Source of the DNA: Candidatus Babeliales bacterium
GTDB lineage: Bacteria; Babelota; Babeliae; Babelales; RVW-14
Assembly: GCA_041671765.1 (NCBI GenBank)
Contig: JBAZAX010000007.1
Coordinates: 68 to 64,067, forward strand
DNA: 64,000 nucleotides
Direction: 5' to 3'
Part shown: positions 15,616 to 24,616 of the stretch, one piece after another
Layout of the letters: each line of letters starts with the position of its first letter
Position numbering within the stretch: the first letter of the stretch is position 1
The notes under the pieces: model-generated
The model's database searches: none
What the model was told of the DNA's origin: nothing
The model's input: the letters and a program-made list of their open reading frames with translations, nothing else
Translations under genes and position numbers: made by a program

Positions 15616-16821
15616 ATGAGTATGAAAAAGCTTTTGTTTTTAATCTCCCTGATTTTGCTTCCAGTTGGAGCATTTTATGTTTTTAGTAAAAAGCGTAAAG
15701 CAACAATAGTCGAACCGATTAAAACGGAAAAGCCCATTCGCAAGGCTCTTGTTCAAATGATTACAGCATCCGGTAATTTAAAAGCGAAAGAACAGATATC
15801 AGTTGGAAGCTTAGTAGCAGGAAAAGTTGTAGACATCAAGGTTGAAGACAATGATATTGTAAAAAAAGATCAAGTTTTAGCTGTTCTTGATGATGGAATC
15901 GGCGATACAGAAACAAGAAGATTAACTGCCAGTTTAGCCGAAGCAAAAGCAAATTACGTTTATCTCGAAAAATTTTATAAACGCCAAACGGCCCTTTATA
16001 AATCAGGGCAAATTTCTCAAAACAATTACGATCAAATAACACGCGACCTAGACATGGCAAAAACAAAGGTCGACCAAACAAAGGCTGCATTAGACTTATC
16101 AATGCAAACATACAATAATCTTTTCATTAAATCTCCCGCTGATGGAATTGTTATCGCCAAACGCATAGATTTGGGTCAGATGGTGACAGCAGTGTTACAA
16201 GCAACGGTTCTTTTTGAAATCGCAAAAGACTTACACGAAATGGAAGCATGGCTGGATGTTGACGAAGCAGATATAGGATTGGTAAAGGAAGGACAAGAGG
16301 CAATTTTCACAGTTGACTCATTTCCTAAAAAACATTTTGAAGGTAAAGTCAAAAGAATTCAGTATCAAGCAAAAATAGTTGATAACGTTGTAACTTATGC
16401 AACCGTACTTGATGTTAAAAATCCAAAATTGAGATTACGACCTGGTATGACAGCAAATGTTGAAATTAAAGTTGCCGAAAACACAAATGCTTTGGTCGTT
16501 TCAAATAAAGCGCTTCGAATCAATCCAATAAACGTGGAATATGTAGCCAACAAATTAAAATATAAACTTGAAAAAGTTTCCGTCGAAGAAAAATTGGCAG
16601 GTCAGAAATCCAAAAAAATTATGAAAGACTATGTTTGGATTCTTGATGGCAAAACACTAAAACAAATCGAAGTGAAAATTGGCAACAATGACGGAAAGTT
16701 TATAGAAATTAAAAAAGGTCTTGAGGATAATTCTAACGTAATCATTGAAGTGGAAGCTGCGCCAAGAGATAATCCTCTAAGTAAATTGTTTCCACAAGCC
16801 GGTGGAATCGGTAAAAAATAA
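15616..16821 (+). CDS. macA: efflux periplasmic adaptor (MacA/HlyD family)
   Basis: 401 aa with N-terminal TM, VAGKVVDIKVEDNDIVKKDQVLAVLD hairpin and coiled-coil. First gene of an adaptor-ATPase-permease operon. Confidence 0.85.
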   Translation: MSMKKLLFLISLILLPVGAFYVFSKKRKATIVEPIKTEKPIRKALVQMITASGNLKAKEQISVGSLVAGKVVDIKVEDNDIVKKDQVLAVLDDGIGDTETRRLTASLAEAKANYVYLEKFYKRQTALYKSGQISQNNYDQITRDLDMAKTKVDQTKAALDLSMQTYNNLFIKSPADGIVIAKRIDLGQMVTAVLQATVLFEIAKDLHEMEAWLDVDEADIGLVKEGQEAIFTVDSFPKKHFEGKVKRIQYQAKIVDNVVTYATVLDVKNPKLRLRPGMTANVEIKVAENTNALVVSNKALRINPINVEYVANKLKYKLEKVSVEEKLAGQKSKKIMKDYVWILDGKTLKQIEVKIGNNDGKFIEIKKGLEDNSNVIIEVEAAPRDNPLSKLFPQAGGIGKK

Positions 16822-16832
16822 GTGATAAAACC

Positions 16833-17519
16833 ATGAGCATAATTGAAGCTAAAGATATTGTAAAAACTTTTAGAATGGGTGAAACGGAAATTACGGCGCT
16901 CAAAGGTGTTTCACTCTCTGTCGAAAAAGGCGAATTCGTCGCAATAACAGGTTTTTCCGGGTCAGGGAAATCAACGTTAATGCATGTTTTAGGTTGTTTA
17001 GACATCCCAACATCAGGGTCTTATGTAATTGATGGGGTTGATGCATCAAAAGCGACTCGTGATGAATTAGCAAAAATTAGAAATCAAAAAATTGGTTTTG
17101 TTTTCCAAAAATTTTATCTCCTACCCGACTTAACAGCTTTGGATAACGTTGCACTTCCATGTTTGTATGCAGGAGAAAATGAGACTGCGGCAAGAGAAAA
17201 GGCTAAAAAGTTGCTTGAACTTGTGGAGCTTGAACATCGAATGGACCACTTCCCATACCAACTTTCAGGCGGACAACAACAAAGAGTTGCTATTGCACGT
17301 GCACTTGTTAATGAACCTGCAATGATTATGGCCGATGAGCCAACTGGAAATCTTGATAGAGCAACCGGTGAGAATATTTTACAGGTTTTTAAAGATTTTA
17401 ACGAAAAACAAAACGTCACTATAGTTATTGTAACACACGAGCAATCAATCGCAGCTCGCACAAAACGCATCGTGGAATTAGTTGATGGCAAAATAGTTTC
17501 TGATAAGAGGACACAATGA
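16833..17519 (+). CDS. ABC transporter ATP-binding protein (MacB/LolD type)
   Basis: GFSGSGKST Walker A, LSGGQQQRVAIARAL, IMADEPTGNLD. Confidence 0.9.
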   Translation: MSIIEAKDIVKTFRMGETEITALKGVSLSVEKGEFVAITGFSGSGKSTLMHVLGCLDIPTSGSYVIDGVDASKATRDELAKIRNQKIGFVFQKFYLLPDLTALDNVALPCLYAGENETAAREKAKKLLELVELEHRMDHFPYQLSGGQQQRVAIARALVNEPAMIMADEPTGNLDRATGENILQVFKDFNEKQNVTIVIVTHEQSIAARTKRIVELVDGKIVSDKRTQ

Positions 17520-18730
17520 ATACGTTACTGATAGTACAAACGGCATTCAGAACATTAAGACACCATACAATTCGTTCTGTTCTGACGACACTTGGTATAA
17601 TCATCGGAGTTGTATCAATTATTGCAGTTATGTCAATTGGAGAAGGTGCTAAATACCGAGTAAATCAGACAATTCAAAAGCTCGGAACAAATTTCATAAT
17701 TTTACTTGGCGGCTCCCCCAAAAATTTAAGCCAAAGTCGTGGGGGTGTAGGGTTTACGATTAAACCAAGTGATTTAGCTGCAGTCAGAGATGAATGCGAA
17801 GATTTAGATTTAATCTCACCGGGCGTCATCTGTCCAACCAAAGTCGTTTATGAAGGCGCAAACTGGCAACCAACAGTTGGAGGCGTTAATGAAAACTATC
17901 TTGAAATAAGGCAATGGGAACTCTCAGATGGGAATTTCTTCACTGATCAAGATGTAAAAGCCGGCAACAAAGTTGCAGTAATAGGGCAAACGGTAAAAAA
18001 AGAGTTATTTGGAACGCTTGACCCAATTGGGAAAGTTATAAGAATAAAAAAATTACCATTCAAGGTGATTGGGATTCTTAGCGAAAGAGGAAAATCTCCT
18101 GATGGCAGAGACGAAGATGATGTGATTTTTGCACCATACACCACGGTAATGAGAAAAATTCTTGGTAAGAATAATTTTACGGCATTAATAATGTCTGCAA
18201 AAACGAAAGAACGCCTTTCTGCCGCTACCGAACAGATACGTTCAATCGTAAGACAAAGACATAGACTACTTGAAACGGATGACGATGATTTCACCATTTT
18301 CACCCAAGACGATATTGCTCAAGCCACAGACTCCGCATCAATGGTTCTCAATTTATTACTGTTCATAATAGCGTCAATTTCGCTAATTGTTGGTGGAATA
18401 GGAATTATGAATATCATGCTCGTTAGTGTAAAAGAGAGAACAAAAGAGATTGGAATTCGCATGGCGCTTGGAGCCACCACCCAAAATATTCTTACTCAAT
18501 TTATTCTTGAGGCAATAATCATTTGCTTAATTGGTGGACTTGTTGGAGTTTTAATTGGAGTGGGAACGGCTGAAGCTATCGGGTTTATTCTTGAATGGCC
18601 AATTTTCATTTCAAAATATGCCGTATCCATCTCTTTACTATCATCTGCAATGATTGGCTTATTTTTTGGTTTTTATCCTGCATACCAAGCGGCAATGATG
18701 AATCCAGTAGAGGCATTGATAGAAAAGTAA
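17516..18730 (+). CDS. ABC transporter permease (MacB/FtsX type)
   Basis: 404 aa. ATGA overlap with the ATPase. MacB periplasmic domain plus FtsX TMs, ending YPAYQAAMMNPVEALIEK. Confidence 0.9.
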   Translation: MNTLLIVQTAFRTLRHHTIRSVLTTLGIIIGVVSIIAVMSIGEGAKYRVNQTIQKLGTNFIILLGGSPKNLSQSRGGVGFTIKPSDLAAVRDECEDLDLISPGVICPTKVVYEGANWQPTVGGVNENYLEIRQWELSDGNFFTDQDVKAGNKVAVIGQTVKKELFGTLDPIGKVIRIKKLPFKVIGILSERGKSPDGRDEDDVIFAPYTTVMRKILGKNNFTALIMSAKTKERLSAATEQIRSIVRQRHRLLETDDDDFTIFTQDDIAQATDSASMVLNLLLFIIASISLIVGGIGIMNIMLVSVKERTKEIGIRMALGATTQNILTQFILEAIIICLIGGLVGVLIGVGTAEAIGFILEWPIFISKYAVSISLLSSAMIGLFFGFYPAYQAAMMNPVEALIEK

Positions 18731-18796
18731 GACATAAAATAAATCGTAATAAATTAGGTAAATATTTTAGAAATGCATATTGGGGGGAGAGTTCGT

Positions 18797-19381
18797 ATGG
18801 ATTATATAAAAAATCCAAAAATGTTATTAATTTTTATTTCTGTTTTTTTAGTAACTGCTGCACATGTTTTTCCAATGCAAACAGAGGTCGTATCAATGCG
18901 AACAGCAGTATTAGACCAAAGAGAGCTAAGTGCCGAATATCTATTGACGCGAGACCCTTATATTATTATTGCTAGCAGAAACGTCAACCAGCGGGACCTC
19001 TCCGGACAAACTGCATTACATCATGCAGCCAAAAATGGCCATGCAGGCTTTATAAGAGATCTTATTATCTGTGGTGCCAACCCCACAATTTGTGATTTTA
19101 ATCTCATCCCACCGTTATTCTATGCGATCGAACACAAACATTTAGATTGCATATATGCTCTCACTAAACATACCCAATATGTTAATATTATTGGCCCAGG
19201 AAATAGAACAGCGATGCATCTGGCAGCATTGATGGGATATGCAGATGGTATAGCTGTTCTTATCAAAAAGGGAGCATTTGTAAATATTCGTGATGAAGAA
19301 GATAAAACTCCGCTATTTTATGCAAATTTATGTGGGCATAAAACTTGTGTTGCAATTCTTCTTGCAAATGGTGCTATATAA
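18797..19381 (+). CDS. ankyrin-repeat protein with N-terminal leader
   Basis: ATG 18797 after GGGGGAGAG. GQTALHHAAKNGHAGFIRDLIICGANP, NRTAMHLAALMGYADGIAVLIKKGAFVN, DKTPLFYANLCGHKTCVAILLANGA. Confidence 0.85.
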   Translation: MDYIKNPKMLLIFISVFLVTAAHVFPMQTEVVSMRTAVLDQRELSAEYLLTRDPYIIIASRNVNQRDLSGQTALHHAAKNGHAGFIRDLIICGANPTICDFNLIPPLFYAIEHKHLDCIYALTKHTQYVNIIGPGNRTAMHLAALMGYADGIAVLIKKGAFVNIRDEEDKTPLFYANLCGHKTCVAILLANGAI

Positions 19382-19463
19382 AGAAATCATCATTAATTTT
19401 ACCGCAGAACATGGCTACATAGCCACTAAATACAAAAAGTTCATTGACTATGCAACCAGATCC

Positions 19464-20105
19464 TTAGACGGAAATTAATTTAAAAAACACAAGTTTTCTA
19501 TTTTTCTGTCCCAACTTGTAGCTTTCAATCTTGTTAACAAACTCTTTGGCCTTTGTGTGACATTCCCAATGCTCGGCCGCCCAGTAAGCAATTGTAGCTT
19601 TGTTGTAAAAACATGATGGTTTAAGCATTCTTATCAGTTCAACTTCGTCAATGGCTGCACGGGTAACAAACATATCAATATCAAACTCTGTTTTACGTAA
19701 AAATGTTCGCCAGTCTAAATCACAAATTTCAATATCTGTGAGCTCAAGCATACTTATAAGATCGATCAAAAATTGAATCTTTTTCTTTGTAACTTCAATC
19801 AGATAGACATTAAGATGCGGAAACATAATTTTAAGTGGAATGGCAGGAAATCCCGCACCGGTCCCAATATCGCAAATTGATTTGATTTTGCTTAAATCAA
19901 CAAATTTGGCCAGTGACAATGAATCCTGAAAATGCTGTCGCACAATTCCTGATAAATCTTTAATCGCAGTTAAATTAAACTCTTCGTTACATTTTGACAG
20001 ATAGCGCTCATACATTTTAAATAATTCAACTTGCTGATCTGACAATTTTTCTTGTTCTTGAAAATCAGCCCAAACTTTTTCTTCTGGCTTTACCCTTATA
20101 CTCAT
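19464..20105 (-). CDS. rsmG: 16S rRNA (guanine527-N7)-methyltransferase RsmG (GidB)
   Basis: NLTAIKD, HFQDSLS, DIGTGAGFPAIPLKI, LIEVTKKKIQFL. Confidence 0.9.
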   Translation of the reverse strand: MSIRVKPEEKVWADFQEQEKLSDQQVELFKMYERYLSKCNEEFNLTAIKDLSGIVRQHFQDSLSLAKFVDLSKIKSICDIGTGAGFPAIPLKIMFPHLNVYLIEVTKKKIQFLIDLISMLELTDIEICDLDWRTFLRKTEFDIDMFVTRAAIDEVELIRMLKPSCFYNKATIAYWAAEHWECHTKAKEFVNKIESYKLGQKNRKLVFFKLISV

Positions 20106-20249
20106 TGAAAGTCCCTGGATATAAAATAAAAAACGATACTGTGATTCTAACTATAGCTTTTTCCATAAATACTTTGGTAGCTTAGTTATTGATTATAAGG
20201 GCTTTTTAAATAAGAGTAAACGTTAACCACAAATTCAGAAGGCGCAAAT

Positions 20250-21005
20250 ATGAATAAATTCAGTTTTTTTGCCGTTTTAATAATGTGTTTTATAAAATTA
20301 AACGCCGACAACAGGATTATTCTTTATCTAAAAACGGCACCGACAAATATCATAAATCAAGCATTGGCAGAAGCTAAAAATGAAGCCATCCCAGAAAAAA
20401 ACAAACAAACACTACCAAGTAAAACAGTTAAAAAACAGATAAATGGCGCCAGAACATGGTTAGTTCCAAAATTAAGTGGTTTTGTAGCAATTTATGCGGG
20501 TTTTATTGATATTTCTGATCGCGATGGCCTGATATCATTTCCACTCAGACATGTAACCCCAAAGCTTAATATTGCCATCACTGAGCAAATAAATCTTCTT
20601 AAAGTAAAAGAAAACACCATTGCACACCGCGAATTTTTACCACGAGACAAAGCACAAACAAAATTATATAACTTTGAACGCAAGGAAGACGTTGACCCGC
20701 AAGATCCAACCAAAAAAACTCAGTACTGGAGCGTTCAAGAGATTCCGCTACCCGCAGACAATAAAATAAATCCGCTAACACTTGTTATATTTGCCAAACC
20801 ATCAAACATATATGTACCGGTCGGAGATTTTATGTCTGTAGAGAGTAGTCACCTTGTTTTACCAGAAATTTATGTCATCGGAAATAAAAATCAATCCGAT
20901 ATTTTATTTCAAACACTTGACATCACAAGGTACTTCGAACCTATAACTAAAGAACAAGAAAAAATTGATGACAAAAAAGATCGATCCCTCATTAAAAATA
21001 TTTAA
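20250..21005 (+). CDS. hypothetical secreted protein
   Basis: 251 aa with leader MNKFSFFAVLIMCFIKLNA. No family recognised. Confidence 0.55.
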   Translation: MNKFSFFAVLIMCFIKLNADNRIILYLKTAPTNIINQALAEAKNEAIPEKNKQTLPSKTVKKQINGARTWLVPKLSGFVAIYAGFIDISDRDGLISFPLRHVTPKLNIAITEQINLLKVKENTIAHREFLPRDKAQTKLYNFERKEDVDPQDPTKKTQYWSVQEIPLPADNKINPLTLVIFAKPSNIYVPVGDFMSVESSHLVLPEIYVIGNKNQSDILFQTLDITRYFEPITKEQEKIDDKKDRSLIKNI

Positions 21006-21034
21006 TGTTTAACCCTTTATGCTAGGAGATCATA

Positions 21035-21136
21035 ATGGCTTGTGGTGGAAAATGTTGCCCAAAATGTGGCTGCGGAGCATGCAAATGCGGTAAATGTCCA
21101 AAATGTGGATGTAAACCTTGCAAGTGCAAAAAATAA
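21035..21136 (+). CDS. 33-aa Cys/Lys-rich metallothionein-like peptide (not in ORF track)
   Basis: AGGAGA SD 5 nt upstream of the ATG. Translation is MACGGKCCPKCGCGACKCGKCPKCGCKPCKCKK* (12 Cys of 33, CxC/CxxC spacing). A terminator hairpin follows. Confidence 0.5.
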   Translation: MACGGKCCPKCGCGACKCGKCPKCGCKPCKCKK

Positions 21137-21179
21137 TACTCATAAAAAATAATAATGGAATAGACAGAACATACGATTT

Positions 21180-21210
21180 GGCCAGCGTTCAGCTGGCCTT
21201 ATTTTTTTTA
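21180..21210 (+). terminator. rho-independent terminator
   Basis: GGCCAGC-GTTCA-GCTGGCC, followed by TTATTTTTTTT. Confidence 0.6.
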
Positions 21211-21846
21211 TACCGCCTGCATCAATTTGATAACCTGATCATCATTAACTTGAGAAAAATCTTGATAAAAAATACTGATAGCCCCAAAATTTACCGGTGC
21301 ATCAAGATATACAAGTTCATCTGATAGCCTTTTAAGCACATTGATTTGATCCTGCGGAATTACCGGAACCCCAATAATAATTCGCTTAGCTCCAAGCCCT
21401 CGAGCACTCAGCAGAGTTGCTTGCATCGTCATCCCTGTCGCTATTCCATCATCCACCAAAATAACAGTTTTGTTTTTTAAATTTAGATCTGCACGCCCTG
21501 GCCTATAAACCCGCATTCTTCTCAATGTTTCTTTTTTTTCAGCCTCAATAATTTTTTCCAAATCTTTACGTTCTAATTCAAAACTCTGAATTAACCTTTG
21601 ATCGAAAACTTCTTTTCCATCTGCAGTAATAGCACCTACGGCAAACTCCGGTTGTCCTGGCATTCCAATTTTTCTTGAAACTATAATATCAAGCGGTAAT
21701 TTTAGTTTTTTTGCAACTTCAAATGCAACAACCACTCCACCACGGGGCAATCCAATAACAACTGTGTTGTTTTGATCGACATGGTTAAGCAGTTTTTCAG
21801 CCAATTTTTTTCCCGCATCTGCACGATCTTTAAAAACCATAACCAA
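21208..21846 (-). CDS. phosphoribosyltransferase-family protein
   Basis: 212 aa. VIGLPRGGVVVA and PRPP-binding VILVDDGIATGMTM. Confidence 0.8.
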   Translation of the reverse strand: MVMVFKDRADAGKKLAEKLLNHVDQNNTVVIGLPRGGVVVAFEVAKKLKLPLDIIVSRKIGMPGQPEFAVGAITADGKEVFDQRLIQSFELERKDLEKIIEAEKKETLRRMRVYRPGRADLNLKNKTVILVDDGIATGMTMQATLLSARGLGAKRIIIGVPVIPQDQINVLKRLSDELVYLDAPVNFGAISIFYQDFSQVNDDQVIKLMQAV

Positions 21847-22084
21847 ACCCTCTCTTTCTCTTCATTATTAATTAGTCTTAGACTTCGTTGCTCTTTTCCA
21901 ATAATTCAACATAGAGCTTTTACAAGTGCAACCAACATAAAAAATATACTCACTAACCTTAATTTACAACACACAACCGATTCTTCATAAAAACATAAAT
22001 TTTATATATTGACTTCATGCCGCTTCTTAATTTATTTTTTATTTTAAAACAATAAAACAAATTTTTTATTTAAGGAAATATACC

Positions 22085-22711
22085 ATGATAGATTTAAATC
22101 TTTCAAGTTTAAAAAATTTATTAATAACAAAATTAAGAAATAAAAATACATCACGAGCAAAATTCAGGTACACATCAATGCAACTAGCCGGGTTGTTAGC
22201 CCTTGAAGCAGAATCAATAATTGAAACAAAAAAAATTAATGTCGAAACACCAATAACAACCACCACAGGATTGCAAATTAAAAAAAATATAATTCTAATT
22301 CCAATTTTACGATCGGGACTGGCATTACTGCCCGCCTTTATAAAACAGTTTCCTGACTGTGCAGTAGGAGTTGTTGGAATGAAAAGAGATGAAAAAACTG
22401 CGATTGCTCATCTTTATTACAAAAATATCCCCGCAATTTCAAATACTGATCAAGTTATTATTTTAGATCCAATGATAGCAACCGGTGGCAGCGGAACCGA
22501 CACTATAAAAATAGTTACAGAAATGGGTATTGATCAAAAACAAATTATTTTTGTTGGAATAATTGCAGCTCCGGAGGGAATTAAAGTTATGAAGCAAGCA
22601 TATCCCGATATTAAAATTATCGTAGCTATAACAGACGAAGGCCTGACGTCCAACAAATTTATAACGCCAGGCCTTGGTGATTTTGGTGACAGATTTTTTG
22701 GAACAGAATAA
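22085..22711 (+). CDS. upp: uracil phosphoribosyltransferase
   Basis: ILRSGLALL, ILDPMIATGGS, ITPGLGDFGDRFFGTE. Confidence 0.9.
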   Translation: MIDLNLSSLKNLLITKLRNKNTSRAKFRYTSMQLAGLLALEAESIIETKKINVETPITTTTGLQIKKNIILIPILRSGLALLPAFIKQFPDCAVGVVGMKRDEKTAIAHLYYKNIPAISNTDQVIILDPMIATGGSGTDTIKIVTEMGIDQKQIIFVGIIAAPEGIKVMKQAYPDIKIIVAITDEGLTSNKFITPGLGDFGDRFFGTE

Positions 22712-22739
22712 AAATCATTTAAAATAAAGGAATTTCAAC

Positions 22740-23417
22740 ATGCCTGCACCATTAATGCATATAGCTCTTGCCATTATTGCACTTAAAGGGCCTTTTAATA
22801 ACACAAACAAAAAAGATTTTATTTTAGGTACTAGTTTTCCAGATATACGCTATTTAAAAGTTATTGATCGTAAACAAACTCATGTGAAGGACATTGTATG
22901 GAATCGTATTGACCAAAAACAAAGTAATTTTAAATTAGGATATTTATTTCATTCATGGATAGATAACATATTTGATGAATTTATCCGTAATAACGATATT
23001 CCCAAAAAACTTCAATCAAAAACTTATTCTACACAGAGCTTCAAGTTTTTTGCAGACAAAATAATATATAACAAAATGAAATCGTCTTTTGCAGAAGTAG
23101 ATTGTTATTTTGATGATATAAACAAAGAAGAATTATCATTTGGAATTCAAAAAGAGGCTGTAATGCAATGGCACAAATTTCTTAAAAAATACTGCTTTCA
23201 AGGTAATCTTTATGTTACTGCGCAAGAATTTGCACTATTACCTAACACAACTTTAGAATCCATAGCTGCCGCCATAGCGCAAATGAATAAACAAAACGAT
23301 CAGGCAAGCAAAATCGTAGATGATTTCTACGATTTTGCTTGTAAAAAAATAACTGAAATCAAATTATTAAACTCCGAACAAAAGTCAAACCCTCTACTCA
23401 ATTCCCATATCACTTAA
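22740..23417 (+). CDS. hypothetical protein
   Basis: 225-aa ORF with no family recognised. Confidence 0.5.
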   Translation: MPAPLMHIALAIIALKGPFNNTNKKDFILGTSFPDIRYLKVIDRKQTHVKDIVWNRIDQKQSNFKLGYLFHSWIDNIFDEFIRNNDIPKKLQSKTYSTQSFKFFADKIIYNKMKSSFAEVDCYFDDINKEELSFGIQKEAVMQWHKFLKKYCFQGNLYVTAQEFALLPNTTLESIAAAIAQMNKQNDQASKIVDDFYDFACKKITEIKLLNSEQKSNPLLNSHIT

Positions 23418-23439
23418 ACTGGAATGTAGTAAATATTAT

Positions 23440-23786
23440 TTAATGCCAGTTCGATAACTAAAGACTGTTTATATTTTCTCATTGAATGTTGGTTGCAACG
23501 TGCGTTTTTGTCATCCTGAACTTGATTCAGGATCTCTTTTTTCAAGTATTGAAGATCAACAAAATGCTTGGATTGATGGAATTTATTAATTTTATGGGTA
23601 CTGAAATAAGCGACCTATTAACAAAAAATAACGGGGATTTTATTTTATTTATATAGATCCTGAATCAAGTTCCCAGCCGTCGCGTTTGAAACGCTATGGC
23701 GGACAGGCAGGATGACAAAAATACAATTCAAAGGCCCATCTCAGTAAGAGTTTTTAAGTCTCGCCGAATTATCGAGTTCACGTTAT
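23440..23786. mobile_element. MITE-like element, copy 2 (347 bp) carrying a nested 36-bp GC-rich insertion
   Basis: TIRs TTAATGCCAGTTCGATAACT and AATTATCGAGTTCACGTTAT. Colinear with copy 1, including the TGTCATCCTGAACTTGATTCAGGATC arms. An extra approx 24 bp and a 36-bp insert split the right arm. Confidence 0.75.
23673..23708. repeat. 36-bp GC-rich mini-insertion (GCCTGTCCGCC...GGCTGG family, reverse orientation)
   Basis: CCAGCCGTCGCGTTTGAAACGCTATGGCGGACAGGC interrupts GATCCTGAATCAAGTTC|AGGATGACA, which is intact in copy 1. Same length and termini as the insert at 26796-26831. Confidence 0.6.
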
Positions 23787-23795
23787 TTATGGCTA

Positions 23796-24569
23796 CTAAA
23801 ATTTAACCGCTTTTGCATTCAGTAATGCAGTCTCAAAAACTATTTTTCCATCATTTCTCGCCGCACAAATTCGATCAACGATATCCTGCGTAAATTCCCG
23901 AGCCTTGTCATCAGGCAATCCAGTTGAATGTGGCACCCAGGCAAATATTGCATTAAATAAATCTTCTTTATTTTGACATGTCCCTGCAAACAGCTCTTGC
24001 TTAACATTTATGTCCTGAAAGCCTGCATTTTCAAGAAGTTTGCCAAATCCACTCACTGTTTGAGGGAAATATGATTGAGGACGTTTTGAGAGAAATGGAG
24101 CCCATTTTTCAAATTCATAAACCTCTGACACCGGACCTCTTAAAAAGGCACCCATCTGTATAATAATTTTACCGCCTGGTTTCAAGTGTTTATACAAATT
24201 TTTAACTGCACTTTCCTGATCTTTAACCCAATGAAATGCAGCAAAACTAGTAATCAAATCAAACTTTTTATCAATTGAAAAGGTAATAGCATCACTGCAA
24301 ACAAATTCAAGATTCTTAATATTATTAAAACTACTTTTAGCCTCGGTAATCATGTTTGGTGAAATATCTAAACCGATAACTGTTCCTTCCGGGACATGTT
24401 TTGCAATCTCGGCTGTTATTCGCCCATCACCGCATCCAACATCAAGAACATTCTCATTTCCACGAAAATTTATTTCACGAATTGTACTTACACCATGATC
24501 AAACTGGCCATCAGAATTTTTTTTATAATGTTTTGCATCCCATTGATCTTGTTGATTATTTATATTCAC
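23796..24569 (-). CDS. class I SAM-dependent methyltransferase
   Basis: VLDVGCGDGRIT motif I. 257 aa, Tam/UbiE-like architecture. Confidence 0.85.
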   Translation of the reverse strand: MNINNQQDQWDAKHYKKNSDGQFDHGVSTIREINFRGNENVLDVGCGDGRITAEIAKHVPEGTVIGLDISPNMITEAKSSFNNIKNLEFVCSDAITFSIDKKFDLITSFAAFHWVKDQESAVKNLYKHLKPGGKIIIQMGAFLRGPVSEVYEFEKWAPFLSKRPQSYFPQTVSGFGKLLENAGFQDINVKQELFAGTCQNKEDLFNAIFAWVPHSTGLPDDKAREFTQDIVDRICAARNDGKIVFETALLNAKAVKF

Positions 24570-24616
24570 TTTATTTCCTAGAGTTTAAGTATTTTTAAAA
24601 TCTCTTTTTTGAATTT

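Noticed and set aside
18595-18975. ORFs 18595-18975 (+) and 18606-18818 (-) bridging the permease end and the ankyrin gene start.
   Set aside because: They overlap two supported CDS in other frames, and the translation is low-complexity.
21118-21324. 68-aa plus-strand ORF overlapping the end of the Cys-rich sORF and the PRTase gene.
   Set aside because: TTG start, runs through a terminator hairpin and lies antisense to a supported CDS. The SD-preceded 33-aa frame is the better reading of this gap.
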